This document shows positions 27,169 to 41,967 of a stretch of 64,000 nt of DNA, in pieces; position 1 is the stretch's first letter; every line of letters starts with the position of its first letter. A program made the position numbers and the translations under genes. Source of the stretch: Paraspadella gotoi (taxonomy: Eukaryota; Animalia; Chaetognatha); NCBI GenBank assembly GCA_051294375.1, contig CM119263.1, positions 16,967,114 through 17,031,113 of the forward strand, given 5' to 3'. The notes beneath the pieces were generated by a model. It searched no databases. It saw nothing but the letters and a program-made list of their open reading frames with translations, and was not told where the DNA came from.

Positions 27169-27767
27169 GTCTATGCGAGAGCAATATACCCAGCGGTGCC
27201 ATGTACGTGATGAGCTTTTGTGTTGATTCAGGAAGGGAGAAACGTTTTATGATATAGGAAAGTGTAAATAAATGGGTTGGGAATTGCAAACGCGCGCCCG
27301 CCTATCAGGAAATCCCCTTTTTTTTGTAGAAAAAGAGAAATAGAGAGCACTATAGAGTTTTTTATGTTTTTAACATTTTTTCTCATTGTTTACAAAGATT
27401 TATGGCATCAGGAACTCACAGTAGAATACTGTTATACTAACTTAGAATGTCATTTATATACACAACATAAGTTCAAATATACTTTAATTAAATCATACGA
27501 TGAATAAATCAAAGTATCTTACTGCATCTATTGTTTCCTCCTCCTCAGCGGCATAAATCATACATTTTTAATTTCGAGAGTGGAAGACGAAGCGGGAGAC
27601 AAAGAGAAAAACTAAGAAAAAAAGAATCAAAAGAAAAAAGAAAGAAATAAAATAAAAGAAAAGAAAAGAAAAGACTTGGGCAACAGTGAAGGAGCAACTA
27701 ATTTTCTTCGTTTCACTAACTACCAAAGAAAGTTTCATAACCTCATCCCGGAAATGATTTATCATCC

Positions 27768-27834
<67 letters not shown>

Positions 27835-28349
27835 CCTCTTCCCTGTTCTTATACTCTTCGGCGCACATTATCTTCGTATTCCCCAGGTAGACAGATTCCC
27901 AACAGGTGCTTTAATTTCCAGTCTCTCTCTTCAGTTTTCTTGGCACAGGAAAAAAATTTGGCTTTTTTCTCATCAATATTTTTTATATAACAAGTCGGAT
28001 AGCCGGATCTAAGTATAACGTTAGTGACTAGTATTTATCTAGTGATTATCAAATGACTTATCGTGACAAATCCTAAGAAAAATACATTACAGCTTTTTTC
28101 TTTTTTATTTTACAATTCTCTTTTTCTTATGATATCCATTTCCAAATGATTAGTGTAAATAAAACTTTGACTATAAGATTCTAAACTCTGCCTGGGCGTA
28201 GCCCTTTTTCCGCCCAGCTTTATACGGGAGAGAAAGATGGGAGGGCGGGAAGAGGGTTGGAGGGAAGGGCGGGAAAAAGATATTCGTAATTCCGGCTTGA
28301 GGAACCTTGAATGTGAAGGCTTCATCCGGTTTTGCCGGAATGAGAAGAA

Positions 28350-28425
<76 letters not shown>

Positions 28426-28695
28426 TCCGAGAAAATCTATTATCTATTCAGCGAATTGGAAAACCAGAAAAAACGTAATGAAACAAACACTGCAAAATGT
28501 ACATTGTACAATGTACATTGTTTCTATGAATTATGAAATTGTAAAAAAAAAAAAAAATTATTGAAGTTGACTACACGTGAAACTAAGGGATTTATTCTGG
28601 TCGGCCTTAGTGCCTACTTTTTTTCCCTCCAGCTAATCGTTCGTCCTCAGAATTCCAACTCTCTTCCTCTTCTCTCTCTCTCCTCTCTCCTCTCT

Positions 28696-28734
<39 letters not shown>

Positions 28735-30098
28735 CTTGTTCATCAAATGTTTCTCATTAAATTCAACGCTGAAAAACAAACCTTATTACTTTTTTTTTCT
28801 TCCTCCCTTTTTTTACTCTTTTAGCCTGAGTTGAGCTTTTCGAAATTTTCTAAATGTTAAAAAGAAAATTAGTAAACCGAAACGAAATTTAACGATATAT
28901 ATATATATATATATATGTACTTGTTAGCTCGAAGATGTTAGATTTAAGATTTAAGATTTAATAAAAAAAAAAAAAAATTTAAGATGATACTTAATCTGAA
29001 ATTTGTTGCGTCCACAATACTTTGAATGTCGTCAATTTTCTTTTCTTAACATCTCAAAAAAGAGAAACTGCACATCACACTGCGGCACCACCTGCCATTG
29101 TCGCACGCGCATCGCAACGCGCGTGCCTCGATCGACTCTCGTCCTTTTTTTTTCGGGTGATTATCATTAAAACGAAACACGCGCGCGCGGTTCAATCAAC
29201 GCGGCTTTTCCGGGAGGAAGCCGCGCCCGCGGCTGCCGTTTGACGAGCGGCGGCTGACGCAGCGTTCGCGGATATTTTATCGGCGGAAGTTTTTACACGG
29301 TTGTCGTCGCGGTTGCTGTAATTGCTGCAGTCGTGCCGCCCCTTAAACGCTTTGTTGACGCTGAGGGCGGGGCACAGTCACTCCTCAGTCGTTAACGACG
29401 ACCGAGTCTCTCGGTTTTTTTCGTGATTGGAAAGAAGAGAAATCGGAGTTTTGGCTTTCGGGTTCGGGAAAAGGATTCGAACTCGGTACCTTTTTGAGCC
29501 ACAGAGGAACGCTCCACGAAAGCGCCACGGATTTTTCGAAGGCAGCAATTTATCGGTTTTAACGACGGAGACGGCGGCGGACGGCGGGCGGCGGGCGGCG
29601 GGCGGCGACCGCAACGGAGTGACTTTTTCGCTACAAACAAACGAAACCAATTAAATCGACGTTGGAGACTTTAAATTTAAAGAGAGACGGAAAAGTTCAA
29701 CCACCGACGCCAACAGACGCTGCCGCCACCCAATTAAACGCTGTCGCAGATATCTAAAATATTTGCGCGTTTGTATGAATATGACCTATTTATACTACCT
29801 TCAACTATACTTAACTATTTGTACGTTTATCAAACATACTCATTATTATTCTTCGCTATCAGATGGAATTGTCTGGATCATTAAAAAAAATATCATCGGC
29901 GCGGCATTGAAGAGGCGTCGCTCGAGCATTTCCGAGGTATCGACGTTGACAAAGGATTTCGCATCGCTATCGACGTCATTTTATCTGCGTTCGGCGTCAG
30001 AAAAACCGAGTTCGGTTGTCAATATTTTTCAACTCTTATCTACGGAGCAGAATCCTCATAAAAGCCCCATTAATGCGGATGCGGTGGCGGTGGCGGTA
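26426..30098 (+). repeat. ~3.7-kb segment duplicated at 32868-36641
   Basis: Collinear match with the post-gap sequence; the copies diverge after gcggtggcggTA. Confidence 0.93.
26460..26700. repeat. Dispersed repeat with a degenerate (CCTAAC/CCCTAA)n core, possibly a Helentron/HINE-like non-autonomous element
   Basis: Shares flanks tgaa..aattttaacat..atatttaatc..aatct and aatttaa..tgaaatg..tttt.gaaaagag with 41640-41967. Confidence 0.5.
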
Positions 30099-30449
30099 CA
30101 GCGGTGCCTCAGACTCCAGGAAAAAATTTCAAAATCGAGTGAAAAAAGGTCATGGGGTGGCGGGGGTGTATTGGAGGTCATCGATTTCGATTTTGATAGG
30201 TTAACTGATAAGTAGATGGTTCTTGGGGTGGGGCTTCTGATCAGAAAAGATCGCTAAACCGTAACCTATCTTTCTTTCTTTGACTTTTCTTTACTCCTCT
30301 AAAATAAAATATATTCTATCCTATTTCGAAGATTCATATTGGCCAACCTTGCGGCATTTCCTTCATGACTATGGTGTTAATTGCATAAAATGATACGGCG
30401 TCGAAAGCTGATTGTCTTCCCCTTGGAATAATGTCAGAGGCATAAGGAA

Positions 30450-31400
30450 AATGTTATTTTTTCCAACCAACGTATAAAAGTATCATAATTTTTCTTTAAC
30501 TACTTCATGTATTTACAATTGAAAAATATTTTAAGCAAAAACATTTTTTTTACTTTATGTCACCCGTTTAACCAGGTTTATCACTGCTGATAATATCACT
30601 TATAGATTTTATTCAGATAAAGGAGTTTACTTAGTCCTGTGGTCTGATGCGATTCATGCGATTTTAAAATTAAGAGAGAATTTGATTTTCAATCTGGTAT
30701 TCAACTAAGAACATTTCGCGCAAAATATATAGGAAATTACTATTTTCCAAGAATTTAAAAATTTTTCTTGCAGTTATCGTTTAAACAGGTTTATTAATAT
30801 TAACAATTGATAATAGTTTTATTAGTTATAATTCGGTTTGGCTCATTAATGGTCTGTTGCGGTTTTTTGCGGTTTTTGAGTTTTAGGAAAGAAATATACC
30901 TACCAGTTACATGTCAATCAATCGAAAAATAACAAAGAAGAACTAGTTTTCAGATTTTCTTTTCCGACTGATCTTCTTATATTCGTTTATCAGGTTTTAT
31001 CTGAACTGAATATCATTGTCAGTTGAAACAGGTAGCATAAGGTTCTAGTAATAATGGTTAAATGCGATTTTAGCGTTTTGGTATGTAAAGAGAGAAATAA
31101 GGCTTGTACCAATGAACTTCCCCAATATCCAAGAATAGACAAAGAAGAACTAGGGATTTAAATTGCCTCTGTACATCTTTTATTTTTGACGAATTCGTTT
31201 ACAAAGGTTTTTGGTAAAAAAGAAATATATTCATGTTTAAAAGCTGGACTGAGATTACAGTGATTTAGGGTTAAGTGATTTTCGTTAATTTTCAAGTTTT
31301 AATGGAGAAGAGAGCTCATCCAGTAACCCCATCAGACCCCCGAGATTATCAAGGTTTGATAAACTTGTTTTATAATTTCACTGTTTGGGCGATATTTGCT
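30450..31400. repeat. Degenerate ~210-bp tandem array (at least 4 units), likely transposon-internal
   Basis: cgttta..aggttt anchors at 30565, 30778, 30984 and 31196 (spacing 213/206/212); caaagaagaactag at 30933 and 31140. Confidence 0.75.
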
Positions 31401-31507
31401 TGTCTTGTTATCTTGTCTTTGTCTAATATATATCCTTGTACGTCATTTAATGCAATAAATACCATCAATCATTGAATCAATTAAACTGAATAAAAACTTA
31501 TATTCAT

Positions 31508-31544
<37 letters not shown>

Positions 31545-32269
31545 AGAGAGGCAACGAGACCGGACGAGAACGACGACAAAGAATCGACGACAAACCGAGT
31601 CGATGGACCTGACCGATCTGACCGGACCAAAGTTCGCCTCTCTCCTCTTTGCCGGTTTCTATTCTCCCGCCTTTTTCCTTTTCCCCTTCCCCAAGAAAAA
31701 AACGGTGTGAGAATTTGAGAACAGAATATCGATACAAAACGATTAGTATTTATTACAATATAAGGATCATCGACACGGGTTCATTTTCCGATGGCAAGAA
31801 GCCCTTCTTCTCATTGGTCGTCCGATGGTGATTCGTCCAATGAGAGAATCCTGGCAAATCTATCCGAGTCGCGGATACCATTCCATCTTTGGTTCGATTC
31901 CACCCTTCGAATGCTCTCATAGTTTCTCTTAGGAAAACTCAGACAGACCAACTTCAAGTCACTTTGACACTATTCCTTACGATTTTCTCTGGAATATCAC
32001 TATTTTCCTACGACTTTTACCGGACCGCCGTTATTTTTATTTCGGAGATTTTTTGTATGATTTTTGCTGGATTTCTGTTGATTTCGCTGGATTTTCGTCT
32101 GATTTACATCTTTTTATTACCATTTGATTTAACATTTCTACATTCGACCTTTAATTATTTGGTTTGCTTTTGAGAGATCGTTCGGGAGTCCTTGTCATGA
32201 TGCAGTTGAGACCTCCCTCACGAGACAGCCATTCCTACCTGCGACGCGGGAGAGCAAGTTCTCTACAGA

Positions 32270-32302
<33 letters not shown>

Positions 32303-32447
32303 GAAAAAGAAGAAGAAGAGAGATATAAAAATACGTATAATAACACGCAAATTAATTAATAAAAACAACGAGCTCTTTTTCCCCTTTTTCATTTTCCCTT
32401 CTTTAATTATGCAATCGAGATATGAGGAAACACAACCACTGACCATG

Positions 32448-32842
32448 TAAGGCGTAGTAAATTTCTAAATTTAACTTTAATTAAAATTCTAAAAGTGCAG
32501 GAACGAAAACATTATATTAAATGAACATTTATGTAATAAAAAATTTTATAAATAATTTTACAATTTACGCAGTAGGCCATATTTAATACTAGTACTAAAT
32601 CCAATAAATGTTAAAATTTCAAAACAGTTTTTTTCTAAATTTTTTTTGCGGATTGGATTCTCATAAAAAGTTGATATAAAAGAAATATAACTCTTTTGAA
32701 AAATTCCTTCATTAAGTGGGTCAAAAAATTAGAAAAAGCTATATTTTTTAAGCTGAAAATTAATTTTTTATACTATTAAATATAGATTTTTTTTTCAATT
32801 TTTAACCCACTTAATGAAAGATTTTTAAAAATGATTCTATTT
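32448..32842. mobile_element. Second copy of the fold-back MITE, truncated by a gap
   Basis: Starts taaggcgtagtaaatttc and is collinear with 55233-~55605, but has a different left flank, so it is an independent insertion. Confidence 0.85.
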
Positions 32843-32867
32843 NNNNNNNNNNNNNNNNNNNNNNNNN

Positions 32868-33556
32868 TTAAAAAAAGGTTTTCTTTTTGAAAACTTCCTT
32901 TTCTTTTCTCAATACATGAACTAAATTTTAACATTCATATTTAATCCCAATCTGTTACCTAACCCATGTCTATATTTAATCCAAACCCTAACCTAACTCT
33001 ATTCCCTAACCCTAATCCTTAATCTAATCCTTAACCCCTAATCCTTAACCTTAACCTTTAGCCTAATCTTTAATCTTAAAAGCTAACTTAATTTCTAATT
33101 TAAGATGAAATGCGACCTTTTTTGGAAAAGAGCATAGTTCCTAAAGCAACATTTAATAAACGAAGAGCAATGGATGATAGGCAACTAAATAAAAAGACAA
33201 GTTACCTTTTTTTCTCCTCGTCTTTCTCATAATTATTAAAATTTGTAATATCCGCCGCGACCCCCCCCCCGGCGTTTTTTTTTTGTCTTCCGTCAAATTT
33301 TTTCATTTACCCGGTTTTGAGAAAAAACACTTTTTTGTTTTCGGATTGAAACTTAATTTCAATTCAATTTTATCGCGCGTCGTTTGTCGAGACAACCCGA
33401 AGGAAAAAAAAAAATCACTTACGCTTAAAAACCTTTTTAATCTAAAGAGACGAAGCGTTTCGGTTGCAATGAGAGCGCTTAAAACACCTGAACTTGTAGT
33501 AGAGCTATCTCGTCGGGGGGAGAGAGAGAGAGAGAGAGAGGAAGAGAGAGAGTAGA

Positions 33557-33596
<40 letters not shown>

Positions 33597-34211
33597 AGAG
33601 AGTCAGAGTCTATGCGAGAGCAATATACCCAGCGGTGCCATTACGTGATGAGCTTTGTGTTTGATTCAGGAAGGGAGAAACGTTTTATGATATAGGAAAG
33701 TGTAAATAAATGGGTTTGGGAATTGCAAACGCGGCCCACCGCCTATCAGGAAATCCCTTTTTTTTGTAGAAAAAGAGAAATAGAGAGCACATAGAGTTTT
33801 TTATGTTTTAACATTTTTTTCTCATTGTTTACAAAAGATTTTATGGCATCAGGAACTCACAGTAGAATACTGTATACTAACTTCGAATGTCATTTATATA
33901 CACAACATAAGTTCAAATTACTTTAATTAAATCATACGATGAATAAATCAAAGTATCTTACTGCATCTATTGTTTCCTCCTCCTCAGCGGCATAATCATT
34001 ACATTTTTAATTCGAGAGTGGAAGACGAACGGGAGACAAAGAGAAAACTAAGAAAAAAAGAATCAAAAGAAAAAGAAAGAATAAAAATAAAAAAAAAAAA
34101 AGAAAAAAGACTTGGGCAACAGTGATGAAGGAAAGCAACTAATTTTCTTCGTTTCACTAACTACCAAAGAAAGTTTCATAACCTCATCCCGGAAATGATT
34201 TATCATCCTCA

Positions 34212-34288
<77 letters not shown>

Positions 34289-34808
34289 CCCTCTCCCTGT
34301 CTTTATACTCTTCGGCGCACATTATCTTCGTATTCCCCAGGTAGACAGATTCCAACAGGTGCTTATAATTCCAGTCTCTCTCTTCAGTTTTCTTGGCACA
34401 GGAAAAAATTTGGCTTTTTTCTCATCAATAATTTTTATATTAACAAGGTCGGATAGCCGGATCTAAGTATAACGTTAGTGACTAGTATTTATCTAGTGAT
34501 TATCAAATGACTTATCGTGACAAATCCTAAGAAAAATACATTACAGCTTTTTCTTTTTTTATTTTACAATTCTCTTTTTCTTATGATATCCATTTCCAAA
34601 TGATTAGTGTAAATAAAACTTTGACTATAAGATTCTAAACTCTGCCTGGGCAGTAGCCCTTTTCCGCCCAGCTTTATACGCGGAGGGAGAGAAAGATGGG
34701 AGGGCGGGAAGAGGGTGGAGGGAAGGCGGGGAAAAAGCATATTCGTAATTCCGGCTTGAGGAACCTTGAAGTGTGAAGCTTCATCCGGTTTTGCCGGAAT
34801 GAGAAGAA

Positions 34809-34892
<84 letters not shown>

Positions 34893-35165
34893 CTTTCTCT
34901 TCTCTCTCTCTTCTTTTCCTCTCTCTCTCTCGGATCCGAGAAAATCTATTATCTATTCAGCGAATTGGAAAACCAGAAAAAACGTAATTGAAACAAACAC
35001 TGCAAAATGTACATTGTACAAAGTACATTGTTTCTATGAATTATGAAATTGTAAAAAAAAAAAAAATTATTTGAAGTTGACTACACGTGAAACTAAGGAT
35101 TTATTCTGCGTCCGGCCTTAGTGCCTACTTTTCCCTCAGCTAATCGTTCGTCCTCAGAATTCCAA

Positions 35166-35262
<97 letters not shown>

Positions 35263-36641
35263 CTTGTTCATCAAATGTTTCTCATTAAATTCAACGGCTG
35301 AAAAACAAACCTTATTACTTTTTTTTTCTTCCTCCTTTTTTTACCTTTTAGCCTGAGTTGAGCTTTTCGAAATTTTCTAAATGTTAAAAAGAAAATTAGT
35401 TAAACCGAACGAAATTTAACGATATTATATATATATATATATATGTACTTGTTAGCTCGAAGATGTTAGGATTTAAGATTTAAGATTTAATAAAAAAAAA
35501 AAAAATTTAAAGATGATACTTAATCTGAAATTTGTTGCGTCCACAATACTTTGAATGTCGTCAATTTCTTTTCTTAACATCTCAAAAAAGAGAAACTGCA
35601 CATCACACTGCGGCACCACCTGCCATTGTCGCACGCGCATCGCAACGCGCGTGCCTCGATCGACTCTCGTCCTTTTTTTTTCGGCGGTGATTATCATAAA
35701 ACGAAACACCGCGCGCGCGGTTCAATCAACGCGGCTTTTCCGGGAGGAAGCCGCGCCCGCGGCTGCCGTTTGACGAGCGGCGGTGACGCAGCGTTCGCGA
35801 TATTTATCGGCGGAAGTTTTTACACGGTTGTATCGTCGCGGTTGCTGTAATTGCTGCAGTCGTGCCGCCCTTAAACGCTTTGTTGACGCTGAGGGCGGGG
35901 CACAGTCACTCCTCAGTCGTTAACGACGACCGAGTCTCTCGGTTTTCTTTCGTGATTGGAAAGAAGGAGAAATCGGAGTTTTGGCTTCGGGTTCGGGAAA
36001 AGGATTCGAATCGGTACCTTTTTTGAAGCCACAGAGGAAACGCTCCACGAAAGCGCCACGGATTTTTCGGAAGGCAGCAATTTATCGGTTTTAACGACGG
36101 AGACGGCGGCGGACGGCGGGGCGGCGGGGCGCGGCGGGCGGCGACCGCAACGAGTGACTTTTTCGCTACAAACAAACGAAACCAATTAAATCGATCGTTG
36201 GAGACTTTAAATTTAAAGAGAGACGGAAAAAGTTTTCAACCACCGACGCCAACAGACAGCTGTCCGCCACCCAATTAAACGCTGTCGCAGATATATCTAA
36301 AATAATATTGCGCGTTTGTATGAATATGACCTATTTATACTACCTTCAACTATACTTTAACTATTGTACGTTTTATCAAACATACTCATTATTATTCTTC
36401 GCTATCAGATGGAATTGTCTGGATCATTAAAAAAAAATATCATCGGCGCGGCATTGAAGAGGCGTCGCTCGAGCATTTTCGAGGTATGCGACGTTGACAA
36501 AGGATTTCGCATCGCTATCGACGTCATTTTACTGGTTCGGCTCAGAAAAACCGAGTTCGGTTGTCAATATTTTTCAATCTTATCTACGGAGCAGAATCCT
36601 CATAAAAGCCCATTAATGCGGATGCGGTGGCGGTGGCGGTA
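32868..36641 (+). repeat. Post-gap copy of 26426-30098
   Basis: Starts right after the 25-N gap at 32843-32867; differences are mostly indels. Confidence 0.93.
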
Positions 36642-39471
36642 ACGGCGGCGGCCAGCGGCGGCGGCAGCGCGGCGGCAGCGGCAGCGGCAGCGGCCTCAGC
36701 GACGACTCATTAAGCCTGTTCCACGAATCAATGACGTCATGAACGCTGTCTGATATCGTCACGAGAGCAGCGCGATGTTGCAAGCGAAATCGAATAGACG
36801 CGGGTCAGGTGATAAGTAATTAACCGGGTATCGCGCAACAATTCCGTAATTGTCGCTTAAATAAAAGGGAAAACAATTTTTCGAAAGATAAAATTAGTGA
36901 CTAACGTCAGTAATGACGGGGAAGCGACAACAACAACAAAATTCCCTCACTCGCTCTTCCGCTAGGAAAAAAAAAATCCGAGCCCAACCGAATCTCACCT
37001 TTTATCCCCTCGAATTTAATGCGTTCTTCCCCCCCCCACGCCCCCACGCCCCCAGCCCTCTATTCTCGCGCTCGATCAGCTTTTTGTTCAGATTTTTAAA
37101 TTTTTTATTTTTTTTATTTTTTTTTTTATATAAATTTTCATCTCATCCGCTTTTGATGAAAATATTCATGTTTCCCTCGACCGGAAACCACTGAACCGTT
37201 CCTTCGAAGACTTCGGTTTTTTTTAAGCAGGGAATTCCCGTAGTTCAAAGGAAGAGGCCCTCTAGCGGTGGCACGACTAAGTTGAAAGAGGAGAAAATGC
37301 TTATCATCTTCATCAAGCGAGCAATTCCTTCTCTGACTATACTAAACGGTGAATATTTTTTTTTCCCAACCGATAATTATTCTTTCCTCTTCCCCCCCAC
37401 CCCCCTTCTTGTTCTTCTTCGCTCCCCCCCCCGATTCTTTTCTTTCTTCTTCTCAGAGGCCATTTTCCCCTTCCCCGGGAATCCGAGAGAATCAAGAGAA
37501 TATCCAAGGCCCTTTTCCTCGGATGAGGGTCGGCGATTCTAATCCAGTTCTTGACCCATAACCTGCGCGGGGGAACTTGGCGCGACCCTTACTCATGGCC
37601 CCAAACCCCGGGCCCACCCCCCCATCACCCCGTCTCCATGGTTACCTCGGTGTTAGGCAAGTCGCTGTATCGACGTCTTCGTTTCTCGAAAGACTTACTA
37701 AAAACTCTCGCCAGTCACCAACTCTAAATGGTAAAGAGCATCTTTGCTGATCTTAAATCAAACTGCCTTTCCCTGACCGTCAATATTTTCATTCTTAGTT
37801 CCGCGTTACAGTTTATTTCAAGAACTTCCTTTAAAAAAAATTATAATTCAGTGCATTACGACGCGTATTACGTATTAAATATGTAAAAACGAAAGCGTTA
37901 ACGCAGGACTAAGTAAGACGCGAAAATATATTCATTGTATGCAAGATCCCCTATGATCGAATTTATGCAAATTAAAATTAATTTCGTTTTAAAACAGAAT
38001 TAAGTTTTTAGTTTTATTTATAAATACAAGTTCTTTTTTTCTCCTTCCTTCTTTTTAAAAAAAATAAAAACTAAAAACTGGAGAAAACCCTTTAAGCCCT
38101 AAAAACCTTTTTTTTGACACATTTTACAGAAAATATGAGGTAACAAAAAAAATATTGACTTGCAGATCGAGGGTCCGACTAATTCCAGCGCCCGACGCCG
38201 AGAACTCTCTCGGCTCCACAACTCGGCTCCTTACCCAACCCCAGACTACTTTCCCGCCGCACCGACCGAGTTTACCTCGCACTCACTCTGGAGCTCTTGT
38301 CGAGACCTCTCTCTTCCCACTTCTCATTACTCTGCCTCTCATTCGCGCGCGTTGACACGACAACGTCGCTCCCGCGTGCAGTGGATTCTATCACCGCTTC
38401 CACTCCAGTTGTGCGTGACAAAACTTTCATGTCGTTAGGAAAGTAAGTTCAACCCAAGACCCCCTTATCCTCGTTGTCATGAAGTTGGATGCCGCCGCCA
38501 CCGAAGCCCCCAGCCGACTTTACCAACTAGGCTGCCGCCGCCGCCGCCATCGAGTCTTGGACGTAGCATTTACGAGGCTCATAAAGGAGGATGTCATGAC
38601 GGGGCCGATACAAGGGGGAAAAGGCGTCAAAAGAAGATGACGATGATAACGACGACGAAGAGGATGACTATAAAAAAAAAATGGCGATGAAGTCGATCTA
38701 CTGAAACATGTCACATGACTGAAAACTTAAAAGGTTATATTTAGGAAAAAGAAAAAGTTTAAATGTGTAAACGTTCTCAAAAAACTATTCGTCCGATAAA
38801 AATCTCGACTTTCGTAAACTGTAAAAAATACGTTGAAAAAAAAAACACGTGAATTTAATCACCCATAAATCGGACTAGCGAAGCGAAATTGAGGCGTTTA
38901 ACTACCGTCACAAAGATGCCATAAATGGTCACAAAGTTGTCGTAAAGTATCTCGATGAAGATACGGACACTTGGACAGAAGGACGACGCGCTTAATGAGG
39001 CAGTTGAGAGAGACGACAGGCGAGAGAGGGACGATGAAGACGAGGACGTGGACGAAGACGATAACGACGATAATACCGTCAACATCGACGAAAGGTGCTG
39101 AAGTTTAAAAGTGGTTAAACAACTTCTAATAGTTATTATTCTTTACTTGAATATAGTTATGATCAATGGAATTGAAGGAACGAGTCCTGTGAATTTAAAT
39201 TTAATTTTGAAATATTTCGTATCAAAGTAGCAATGAAAGTTTCTCCAAACAAAAGGACTGAGCAATGTGAGAATGTGAGCAATGAAAGAATTGTGAGCAT
39301 TGTCAAATTCAAATTAATTTTTCAGCTTTAAAAAAAATTCATCTTAAAATTACCATGTTTTTGAAATATACGTTTTTTAGTGTGTAAAAAAGGAAGGGCG
39401 CGCGATTCTCGAGTTGACGCGTCGACCAGCTGCAAATGCAGTAAAAGTTTAAAAAAATGGGGAAAGACTAT

Positions 39472-39572
<101 letters not shown>

Positions 39573-41283
39573 CGAGAAACGTCGATAGCGTATTTGGAGA
39601 AGGTAGAAAGAACCTGGAGCGAGTTGATTGCTTTGTAGACAAAAAAGAGCGAGCGAATTGCCTCGTGCAAGGGGAGCACGTTCGGTCGTTTGTTTGGAGA
39701 GAGCGCGCGGTGAGACGGTAATGATAATTCCCTCAACTAAATCAGCAGTTAACGACCTTTAAAAGAGTAGTAATGGACAACTTTTTTTTTTCTACGAGCG
39801 CGGAGCGGCGATATTCTTGGTTTATGAGAAGAAAAAAAAATGGGAATAATTAATTGACGTCGAGATTTAATCGAGTTAAACCTCGAACTGGAATCTTCGG
39901 AGATGCCATCGTTATCGTGGACAGAAACGGATGGAAGGCTGGAACCGTTCTATCCAATCAGCTTGTCGATAGCGGTAGCGGTTGAAGCCGGAAATTTTTA
40001 TAAAACGTCATGATTTTTTTATTTTTTATTTTTTTGTCGTTTCGTTTAAGGTAAAACAAACAAGTTGAATTTCCGTACACAACATAAAATTCAAAGGGAA
40101 CTCGGTTGACCCCGGTCGCGGAGGGTAGTTCGGGAAAAAAAGATTTTATGGCATTTCTTGTGACAACAGTGGCAATGGACCTTTTTACTCTTTTGGAAAA
40201 AACTCGAAAAGTTTGAAAGATATGCGTTTTTAGATGTATACCAGTAAAACAGCTTGACGCATCGATAGAGAGAGAAAGAGAGAAAGAGAGAAAGAGAGAA
40301 AGAGAGAAAGAGAGAAAGAGAGAAAGAGAGAGAGAGAGAAATAAAAAAAAGGCTTATGAAAAATAAAATCCCCTGCCGAGTGGCGGACGCCAACTCCGCC
40401 TGACGCGGCGTGGCGTGATCCCAATCCATGACAAACTAGGGTCGCCGCAATTCAGATAGTTTGTTTTGTTTTCTTTGGTCTTGTTTTCTTTTGTCGCGCT
40501 GGACATAATAGATTAAAAACCATTTTTCTTCCGTATGATATCATTGAATCAATACATGCAACATACCCAGTGATTTGAAAGTGTAGCATCTCAAAGAAAG
40601 GTGAGGAAAAAAAGAGACGCGTCATATGTTTGCTCATCGCCAAGAGAGTTGGCGCGAACGAGTTCGGGGCAGCAGCTGAGTGTTTCTTCATTTCCGTGAG
40701 GGACCTAGGAATCCATCGGGAGCCAAAGAAGCCGCACAAAGAGGAGGACAAAAAGGTCAAAACTGAAATTCTCTCTCCCTTTTTTCGTAGCCATGCCTCC
40801 GACCTTTTCTCGTTATCAGTCTCTCGGTTTTCTCTTATCTTGTCCTCAACGGTTCGCTCTTTCAATCGCTCGCTCGCTCTCTTGATCGGGCACCACACAG
40901 TCTTTTCGCAATCCACTCTTGACCTTCAACGCTCAAATCATTCTCCTCTTAATCTTCAGAACGAAAATAATTCTTCATCTTTTTTCATTCTTCTCTGGTG
41001 GCATATCTCACTTTTTTTTTATCCAAAACTGATAACTTCTTTTCTTTCACTTTCCTCCACTCAGCGAATCACTGCTCGCTGTCTTTTCTTTTCTTTTCCA
41101 TGACCTAGTGATTCACTTTTTCTTTCTTTTTTTTACCTTGTGACTTTTAAATTCTTTACTGAACACGAGAAAACAAATCAGGCACAAAACGTTCACGAGT
41201 TGTAAACGACTCAGAAAAAAAAAATATCAAAAAAAAAGAAGAAGAAAGTACATTGCTTATAGATTGTGCAAGTTCAGGGTACA

Positions 41284-41413
<130 letters not shown>

Positions 41414-41639
41414 CCGGTCCGAAATTGAAACTGATTTTATTCGTCTTGAGATAAAAGGCGATGAGAGCGACGATAAATCTTCCTTCGCCGCGAGAATTCG
41501 TCTCCTCGTTTTGTTTGTTTCTCTCAAAATTCAAACAAAACCTTTCATGTTTCTATCCGACGCATTCGGATCATTTTTTTGGGGTCCCACTTTTTTTTTT
41601 GTCGTCGTTCAGTTTCCGGCACTATTTTGTGAGAGCGCC

Positions 41640-41967
41640 CCATTTTTGTTCCTATTCTCTGAATTTAATTTTAACATAAATATTTAATCGTAATCTATAC
41701 TATACCAAACCCTAATACCTAACCCTTACTTTTATCTCTAACTTAATCCTTAACCCAAAATCTATAAATGTATTTTTCAACTATGAACACTTATTTCTTC
41801 CTAATTTTAATGCTTAATTAAATCGTTAACCCAAACCCTAACCTATACTCTAAACCAAATACTTAACCTAACTATACTAATTTAATCTAATCTAATCTAA
41901 TATTTAAATTTAAAAAATTATTTAAATCTCAATTTAAACTGAAATGTGGTAATTTTGAAAAAGAGGT
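41640..41967. repeat. Diverged second member of the CCTAAC-core dispersed repeat
   Basis: aaccctaatacctaaccc..aaccctaacc core with the same flanking motifs as 26460-26700. Confidence 0.5.

Noticed and set aside
29763-30215. 150-aa ORF
   Set aside because: No domain recognised, it crosses the divergence junction, and it is broken in the second copy
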